Assembly: GCA_024704765.1 (NCBI GenBank)
Contig: JAKMXF010000299.1
Location: forward strand, 372,001-436,000
From: Oopsacas minuta
Taxonomy: Eukaryota; Animalia; Porifera
DNA: 64,000 nucleotides
Direction: 5' to 3'
In this document: piece after piece, positions 56,383-64,000 of the stretch
How the letters are laid out: the number at the start of each line of letters is the position of its first letter
Position numbering within the stretch: position 1 is the stretch's first letter
The notes under the pieces: generated by a model
The model's input: only the letters and a program-made list of their open reading frames with translations
Databases searched by the model: none
Told to the model about the DNA's origin: nothing
Position numbers and translations under genes: made by a program

Positions 56383-57983
56383 GGAGATCTCCTAAGACAT
56401 GCAGACGAAGAACGATTCAAACATTTCATGCCGTCAGCTTTAGACATAGATGCAGTATCGTGTTCAGTTCTCAATGATATTCAGCATAAAGCTGTGGACT
56501 ATGTTCTATGCGAATCTAAGAAATCATCAGATTTGATATATCCCTACTTGAAATGTAGAGTTAGACATCTGGGATATACAAACACTGACTTGGATAAAAC
56601 TCTCCACTGGATTAGGTTTGTGTACTTACAACGCGCATGCCTTGTTCATATGCAAGACATTTGTCCTTTTATCTATTTGTAAGCTAAAACTTAATTTGTG
56701 GTTATAATTGTGTATTCTACAGAATATTTGAAATAGTAAACGTGTAAGGATATTGCAACTTGTAACATTTGTGAGAATAAATAATGTTCCCACAATTTAT
56801 TCCTATTTTTGCTAGTTAGACGTTGTCCTACGCCCTACGGCATAAATTTGAAATTTGTGTAAACTTTACTATTATTTTGCATACTAAAGCAAAATCTCAC
56901 AAACTTGGGGAAATCTATATTTTCTGTTTTCCAAAATATTATAATATCAATTGATTTAGCACGAATATATTTTGCTTTGTGAATAATTTCAAATATATTA
57001 CTCATATAATGCTATCAGATTTATCTGTTATACTATCAATAATTTCAAACTCAAGTATTGTAATTACAGTGGAGTTTTTGGTTATTTATTAGCAACTTAA
57101 GTTTTGCTTCTCAAAAAGTTGCTAATATGAGAATTAAATTAGTACAAAATCTACACTTTGGACCTGAAAATTGGTTGCTAATAACAAATATTGCTATTAA
57201 GCGAACTCTACTGTACAACCTACTGAACAAATTTTGAATTTCCCGCAAACTGACAGCCAGCTGTAACAGTTCAACAAATAAAAATTAGATACAATCTGAC
57301 AGTATGACTATATTACATCGAGTTAACCGTTAACCAGTTTATTGTATTGAACTTAAATACCCCCTCCGTATAGATATGAGGCTCCCATAATAATACATCT
57401 CAACTTAGACACAGCTCTTAACTTCCTGGTTAAAGACACTCACTACAGGAACAGATTTGAAACAGGGACAAGTGGTGGTTGCTTGGATCTGGCAGCTAGA
57501 AGCAGTTGGGAAGATAGAATATTCGATAAAGCATATCGTAAATCACCAGCTAGTTATCGAGTTAAATATGGCGTTCTTAACATTGTTGGTGATTCATGTG
57601 GTGTAAAAGCTTGTTATGGTTACGGCGATTCGTTTTTGCAACTTAAAAAAGTTCGTTTAAGAACCACATTTGCTTCGGCTGATACTTCAATGTCTAACGT
57701 AAAGTTATCATGTTGTGAGCATTATGTAAATGTAATGAATGAGTACTCTGAATCCGAATTGAAAGCTATTCTAGATGTTGCAACCAAGAGAGTTTCATCT
57801 CATGATTCATCTGTAATAGCTACTTATAAAGAAGTTCAAATCCATGGTCCAGTTAGTCTATCGGATAATGTAGAATGTATTGTTGTAAATCAAAGACATC
57901 GCACAGATAAAAAGATTAATAAACTATTAGAGAAGTTTATTACAGATAATAAATGCAATTTAATATGGATGGATGAAGTTTAG
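56383..57983 (+). CDS. DUF3626-domain coding exons 56383-56615 and 57374-57983
   Basis: Acceptor TCCTCAATAG|G (phase 0), donor AG|GTTTGT at 56615 and acceptor CTCCGTATAG|A at 57374 join in frame. The product contains LHWIRYEAPIIIHLN, YRNRFETGTSGG, WEDRIF, RVKYGVLN, YGDSF, RTTFASADT and YKEVQIHG, matching recalled DUF3626 motifs (HFHPD, YRSQFETG, RPKYGAL, YIEAQIHG). Confidence 0.8.
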
Positions 57984-58420
57984 TATTTATATTTGGTGTA
58001 TACACAGTTTCTTCTTATTATTTGATTATTTCTGGTAACTTTTCTTCAGTCAGTTGAGTTTGAAAATGTTTGTATCTTTTGTTTATAAACTATAGGTTTC
58101 TTATGTAGGAAATCTAGGAAAACTCTTACTTATGTTATCCATGGTACTGTATAAGCTTCACCAAACAATCTAGATAAACTTCTGTGCCTAAAATTTTATA
58201 TGCGCTCTCCCAATTACCTTAGTCTGAACAAAAGAGTAACCTATATTACTAGACCGTAACAAGGGGTCCGCCCGGTTTCATGAGCTTGCTACGGCCCCAT
58301 ATTACAGTGGATTGGTTGTCCTATAGGTGGTTTTGGGATGGATATAGAGTATAGACCGAGCTGACCTTGGATTTCTTATAATTATGTTAGGGAAAACAGT
58401 TCAATATTTGCTAAGTCATA

Positions 58421-58829
58421 GAGGCCATTCAAGCTGTAACGCAAATTTCCCCAAATTTTGACACCACCCTTCCTGTGTCATATTTGTGACATATTTGTAC
58501 TACAAAAGGAATTAAGAATGGGACTGTCACATTTTGCACCCTCCCTTGGTAGCGATATGTAACGTTAAACGTCCCACATATCTAGACCCCTTATGTTCAG
58601 CTAACAGTATTCAGCATTCAATGACAGGACCAAGGATATACTCATATAGAGTAAAGTATAGTTTTGTATTCATAATTTCCTACGAGTTGTCCAAACTAAA
58701 CTTAACGGTAAAAGAGGGGTGGGTGGTATAATGTGACAGCCTCATTCTTTTTGTATTAGAAAATAGTCAAAAGCGTGACACAGGGAGGGTGGTGTCAAAA
58801 TTTGCGTTACGTAACGTTTGTACGGCCCC
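58421..58829. mobile_element. PIF/Harbinger-like MITE with long imperfect terminal inverted repeats, about 410 bp
   Basis: Left GAGGCCATTCAAGCTGTAACGCAAATT...TTTGACACCACCCTTCCTGTGTCA versus right TGACACAGGGAGGGTGGTGTCAAAATTTGCGTTACGTAACGTTTGTACGGCCCC. Second inner pair at about 58515-58547 and 58718-58748. The superfamily label is tentative. Confidence 0.6.
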
Positions 58830-58933
58830 TACCCAATTGGTACCCAGGACCCCAGGCGTTCGTTAGCACTATAACACTAAAGACTTGTGTGAATCTAGCC
58901 ATTCGTTTCTCTAATTTATTGAGTACCTACATA

Positions 58934-59489
58934 CAGGGGCGTCAGGTTCCGGGGGAGCGGGGGGTCCGGTAGGAAAAGAGCATGAAATTGGGGGGCTGCC
59001 CCCTAGTTTCTTTGAAAAAATTATGCTTACTTGAAAGATACTTTAATATTCCAATTTCCTAGTTTACTCAATGTACTGCAAATAAATATGTGGTACATGA
59101 TTGCAATAATTAATACTTCTAACCAATTAACAAATTTTTATTTGTGTATTTGTAATAAATGTAATATGAGCAATTAGTTATTGATATGATTTAATAATGT
59201 TTATATTATTCACACCCCATAGTCTAGACCTTCTTATTGTTCAATTACGAAATAGCACAATTAGAGATTCTATAATTAATCAATTCAGAAATACATTAAA
59301 GGATTTACTAAATATTTTATATTCTGAATTTCTCCATTATACAAGTCATATTTGTTGACAAAGTCATTAAATTCGATATGAAATTATTTACTATTCATTA
59401 TAATTTGTGTAGTTAAACGTAAAATGAGTAATGAGTACAACGCCCCTCCGCCCCCCCCCCCCACTATTTTGGTCAACCTGACGCCTCTG
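58934..59489. mobile_element. hAT-type non-autonomous element, 556 bp
   Basis: CAGGGGCGTCAGGTT ... AACCTGACGCCTCTG (14 of 15 complementary) flanked by an exact 8-bp duplication CCTACATA (58926-58933, 59490-59497). Confidence 0.85.
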
Positions 59490-59589
59490 CCTACATACAA
59501 AATATTCCATTATTCTCCTCAAATTATGTGTAATACAAATCAATTTTGATTCCAATCTTTAAATTATAACTTTACCTACCAAAATAGAA

Positions 59590-59840
59590 ATGGCCTCTCT
59601 CACTAACATGCGGAAACTAACAAAGAGTGAGCCAGGCCTTCCGGACCAATTCAATCTTTCCCAATCAGGTTCCTTCAGTCCCTCCCATAGTGTACGTAGT
59701 ATGTATGAGGTAGATGAAATTGAACCTATATATTGGCAGCAGAATAGAACGAATACAGATTCTGATGATGGGGAACTGGATCCAGATAATGATGAGGAGT
59801 TTTCTGAAGAATTTGCCCTCAAGTCTCCACCTCAGGAATG
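59590..59840 (+). CDS. Probable first coding exon of an unidentified gene (Ser-rich, acidic)
   Basis: ATG at 59590, open frame MASLTNMRKL...DSDDGELDPDNDEEFSEEFALKSPPQE, then a consensus donor TG|GTGAGT at 59840/59841 (phase 2). Composition is protein-like. Confidence 0.6.
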
Positions 59841-59949
59841 GTGAGTAGTTATGTCATTTCAATTATTTATTATTTATTTATTTATTGCTCTTATATTCAC
59901 CGACTAATATTCCGCTAATTCATAGCGTATTAGAATTTCTAATTTCTAA

Positions 59950-60077
59950 CAGTAGACTCTCGTTATTAAGAAGTAATTCTTAACCTTCTATAGCTTGAAA
60001 GTAATTGATTTTACTCCGCTTCCAACGAAATGAAACCGGGGGTCACATGCATATTGTTAATAACGAGAGTGTTCCTG
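59950..60077. mobile_element. Tc1/mariner-type MITE relic, 128 bp
   Basis: CAGTAGACTCTCGTTATTAA ... TTAATAACGAGAGTGTTCCTG|TA with a 14-bp perfect complementary core. Confidence 0.55.
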
Positions 60078-60575
60078 TATTAGGTTTTTTCGCGCAATAA
60101 TTATATACATGTATATACAAAATAAACTTACGCATGTTTGGGAACTTTTTGGGACCTTTTTCGGAAGGAATTTAGATACAATGATATATGTAACTACTCA
60201 GAACTTATATTATTTATATCTTTTCGTATTTTTACTGTGTAACTACAAAAGTATCAAAATCTACATTATCTCATAAAAACTACAGTTTTTCGAGCTAATA
60301 TCATATTCTGGTATCCATTAAAATTCATATTCTGGTTTCCTTCATATGATATGACTTCTTAAATATATTTCATTATATTTGTTGTGCAAATTAGCACATT
60401 CCAAAGTTCACGCGTATATCCTTGAAATTTCAAATAACAAAGATGAAGAGAAGACGTGCATACATAGAGGTAAAGTTTGCCTTTGATTTATTTAGTATCC
60501 ATGGTTGAGGTGTTACAAATATCTGCGATAGAAAAATCCATTTTAAGTTTGCTAAAAGAAAATATTTTGTGTAAG

Positions 60576-60783
60576 GCTATTGCCACCCACCGGTAAAAAT
60601 GTTATTCGCTCGTTCGAAAAACATCCAATCCAACAGCGTAGCTCGCTTCAAAATTCCCGATTCCACAATCTGGGGTGGCAGACAATTCGAACACCTCCCA
60701 GCACAAATGCGAGAAAACTAGTTCCGATCGGTGTTAATATCCACTTCGAGAAATTTATCGAACCTCAAATTGTCATACTATGA
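60576..60783 (+). CDS. Possible second (terminal) exon of the gene starting at 59590
   Basis: Acceptor TTTTGTGTAAG|G is phase-compatible (TG|G = Trp) and the frame stays open to a TGA at 60783. No recognisable domain; it could equally be repeat-derived sequence. Confidence 0.25.
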
Positions 60784-61934
60784 ATGTTTGTTTCATGAAC
60801 TGACGTCATTTTTCTATTTTTATTGGGTTTTTCGCTCAAATGCTTGATTCTTAACCAAGATCTACCGGCGATTATTTCCCGTAATAGTAGTAAATATTTA
60901 TTTTTACATTTTTTAATATTTTGAAACTTAGATCTCATATCTGCGTAAAGGGATCAAATTCATTCAGTTCGAATCTGATCAAATTACCTTCAATTTCATC
61001 GCAATTGAGAATTAGTAACGAAAATATTTGCTTTTACTTTTATTGATTTGAAATGCTAGAGTCCGTAATGTATCAAAATACCCCCCCCCTACTGATTTAT
61101 TGCATTACAAACTACGAATACAATTTGTTCTTAAATTAGACAAAATTTTGACTAAACGAAAATATCCGAAAATTTTGATGAATCAACTTTTTTATTCAAT
61201 TTTTGGTACTTTAGAACTTTCTAATATTTTCGTTAACTAACTTTTCTGCAAAAACGTTACTTCACGATTTCTCTTCGTAATTAGTATTCAACAACAACAC
61301 TCTCTATCTAAAGCATGATCCAATTTGATAATTACGAAACTTTTCCAAAATCGATTATCATTTCCATTTCTTGATTTAATAATGGCTTCTAATCCTGTTA
61401 TCTTACGGATAATATTCTTTACTTCGACCTATAAACTACAGCTCTACAACTTACAGGTTGCAAACAACGTGTTGAAACCTTTTTCTTTCTATACCTGGAT
61501 ATCTGTGCATTTGAGTGCTTCTAGATAATAATGTATTCCTTAGCAATGAATGCTACTCCTTGCAATTCTGTTACTTGTATGATATCCTAGACATTATCTG
61601 CTTGGATACAAGATTGGCCTGATATTCATTAGCTGATTTCTCTCACCAAATTTCTTTCATTCTTTTTTCACATTTTGTTGTCAAGTATTTAGTAGACTTT
61701 TAGATGGCTAACACATCTCGAGATTAAAGGGACGCTTTAAAAGGACTTGATATGATGATATTTATACGGCATGTATAATATATAATACTCAATAATTTTC
61801 GGGACAGAATTCGGTCTACAAAATGTAAGATGTTACTTTAATTACAAGTTTACAACTATTAGAAATCGGTAATAGTGATATTTTGTTCCTTCGCTTCCAG
61901 CGTTTTCATTATTTTACATACGAATTGTATTTGA

Positions 61935-62115
61935 CAAGGTTGAAACCGATCAAACCAAATATCAGTATTCATGAATATAGCAACGTAACCAAATACTGAT
62001 ATTATTCGGTTTGACCAACCTAGTACTGATGATATTCGGTTTGGGCCAACCTAATACTGATAATATCGGTTTGGACCAACCTAATTCTGAATACTGATAT
62101 TCGGTTGCAACCTTG
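61935..62115. mobile_element. hAT-type MITE, 181 bp, with internal ~29-bp tandem repeats
   Basis: CAAGGTTGAAACCGA ... TCGGTTGCAACCTTG (14 of 15 complementary), exact 8-bp duplication GTATTTGA (61927-61934, 62116-62123). About four internal units like CCAACCTAATACTGATnATATTCGGTTTG. Confidence 0.85.
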
Positions 62116-62837
62116 GTATTTGATATAGTGATAATACACAACCATTTTACTGTACCGACTATACAATAGTATAGCTGCCTAGTATAGTGCTTTTCTCATC
62201 TACCGCGACCAAATATTTTGTTTCTGTCGTTCCTATATTGGATATTATGAGATTTTGGTCAGAAATATCTGCGTATTTGACTGAAACTATATGCTATATC
62301 TATATGCTATATCTACTTGGGTGTTTCAAATTCTGATCATTACGTACTTATTTTTATACTTTAAATATATTTATTTCTAATTGAATTTTATTATTTTATT
62401 CATTGCAATCCAACATATGTACATGTAGAACATGTTTATGTAGCAATCGCAATCAATAAATATGGACAGTCATGCAGAAGTTATTAAATATATATGTTGT
62501 TACTACTGGCTGTTAATAATATTAATGCGTAATAATTTTTCTCATATTTTCTGAGAGCTAGCACCAATTTCGTTTCGATAAGATTATCTTCATTATGCAG
62601 TAGACACTCACATAAATTCTACAAATGAATACGTTGCTGTTTGTTTTGAGAATTTTAGTAAGAAAGGTTTCAACTGTCTATAGCGTGTGTAATTCTACGT
62701 AAAAAGTAAACACAGTTCAACGAGTTTGATGTTATTATTTGCCATGTGGAAAATTGTTTTTCCTGAATAATATTTAATTGAGAAGCCTTCACACTAAACT
62801 ACCTTAAAGTGAGTATTACTAATGGCCTAAGTTTTTA

Positions 62838-63209
62838 TTGTGGAACTTCGTTCATTAAAATTTTGTTCGCTTTTCCGGAGTTCGTATCAACTGGAGTAAT
62901 GCCAATTGAAAAACCATAGTAGGGACCTAATTTTGTGTAAATACTGTGTTCATCTCAGAGTTGGAATCGAGTTCGAGTTTCTCGGTCGAGGCGCAATGCG
63001 CCGAGATCATCGCAAAACGACGAGCCCGTATTAGTTAAAATGTCAACAAAACATATTTTAGAGGAATTTCAGTTAATATCTACACTTCGGGTTCGGGTCG
63101 GGTTTGGGTTGAAGATCGTTGGGTTCTGAAAAGTGGACCTGATTCCAACTCTGGTTCATCTTATCTGGAAATTCGTATTAACCCCGTTAGTAATAACGAA
63201 GTTCCACTG
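62838..63209. mobile_element. Tc1/mariner-type MITE interrupted by a nested hAT element
   Basis: TA|TTGTGGAACTTCGTT ... AACGAAGTTCCACTG|TA (13 of 15 complementary). 166 bp remain after removing the insert and one target copy. Confidence 0.7.
62956..63153. mobile_element. hAT-type MITE, 198 bp, nested
   Basis: Perfect 13-bp inverted termini CAGAGTTGGAATC / GATTCCAACTCTG and an exact 8-bp duplication GTTCATCT (62948-62955, 63154-63161). Confidence 0.88.
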
Positions 63210-64000
63210 TAATTGATTTCAATGGAGTCGAATAAATCTTTCATTTTAATCAAATATTGAATATTTAGCTATAAATATCTTTCTTGATGGAGGGCATCAA
63301 GAATCGTTTGATATAAAATATGATACTGACTCATTTTAGTTATCCCATCTTTAGTTATACGTGCTTGTTTAAGAATGTTAATAACCTTTGATGTGTATAA
63401 TCAGTATTAGACATTTATGTACAGTAGAATATATATATATGCCAGAATTAGTATAATCTTTTGTCATATACTTGACTTAGTTATGAGTATATCAAGGGAC
63501 ATTGAAAAGTTCGTGTGATCTTTATTATTATATTTCACTTGTTGTAATTCATTTTGCAAGAGATCTCAATAATTAGCATTGATCAATTACAGTTGACTGC
63601 GATTATATTATCTCGAACAGATTTTCATTTTCCCTTACAGGGGCGACGCAAACAGTCAGGCTATGGCCTGTAATGTTGTATGGCAGGGCCTGCACTTTAC
63701 AATAGATCAAGCCAATGGCCTGGCCGCTATTTAGTGCTTTCCGCGGCCCTTGCCTTAAGTTTGGAGATGCCAACTCTATTGTTATATTCCTACTTTTGAA
63801 GACATTCCTGATAGCTTATTAGTTACTAGATATTTATTATTTGATCTACCATATTTATTAATCACTTCCTGATTAGTTACACAATTAACTCTCATTTAAT
63901 AATTCGGCAATAGGTATGTACATGTGGAATCCCTAATTATTCCTAATTAGGTGAACATTATGCAATCACTTTTGTTTTTAGTAGTTAAATTTAGCATTTC

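Noticed and set aside
61990-62110. CRISPR-like array
   Set aside because: The ~29-bp units are contiguous with no unique spacers, lie inside hAT termini, and the genome is eukaryotic with no cas genes.
62960-63130. GTTCGA-containing segments as tRNA or SINE T-loops
   Set aside because: No cloverleaf or A-box is present; they are internal repeats of the hAT element.
63638-63750. Possible fifth hAT element starting CAGGGGCG
   Set aside because: The right terminus is incomplete, and a 7 of 8 flanking match appears only if a terminal deletion is assumed.

Overview
AT-rich eukaryotic genomic DNA in the standard code. It is animal (SUFU, a ZNF608/609-Scribbler homolog, TMEM135, ZMYND10) and strikingly intron-poor: 16 recognisable coding sequences, including the 5.4-kb BTAF1, are uninterrupted ORFs. 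That combination suggests a compact sponge genome, possibly a glass sponge; this is inference only. Gene order: TIMMDC1, RAD51D, ZMYND10(-), ACSL-A, ACSL-B, FAF2/UBXD8, ACSL-C(-), three TMEM135, a class I methyltransferase(-), a 10-exon ZNF608/609-like gene(-) that the ORF track only shows in fragments, an ORF-poor stretch at about 26-36 kb, PUS7, SUFU, a GT10 fucosyltransferase, BTAF1, a TM2-domain protein, an FHA + two UBZ-type zinc finger ORF, a 7-bp minisatellite, two DUF3626 exons, and the first exon of an unidentified gene. The FHA/UBZ and DUF3626 pieces are splice-phase compatible and may form one protein whose C-terminal domain has an ADP-ribosyltransferase-like H-Y-E pattern; this is the best candidate for an undescribed system. 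The ACSL and TMEM135 triplets show block-wise sequence homogenisation. Intergenic and intronic DNA carries many short non-autonomous DNA transposons (hAT-type with exact 8-bp target duplications, Tc1/mariner-type with TA, a fold-back element and one nested insertion). I recognised no rRNA, tRNA or CRISPR features. All family assignments come from motifs and recalled homolog sequences; no searches were run.
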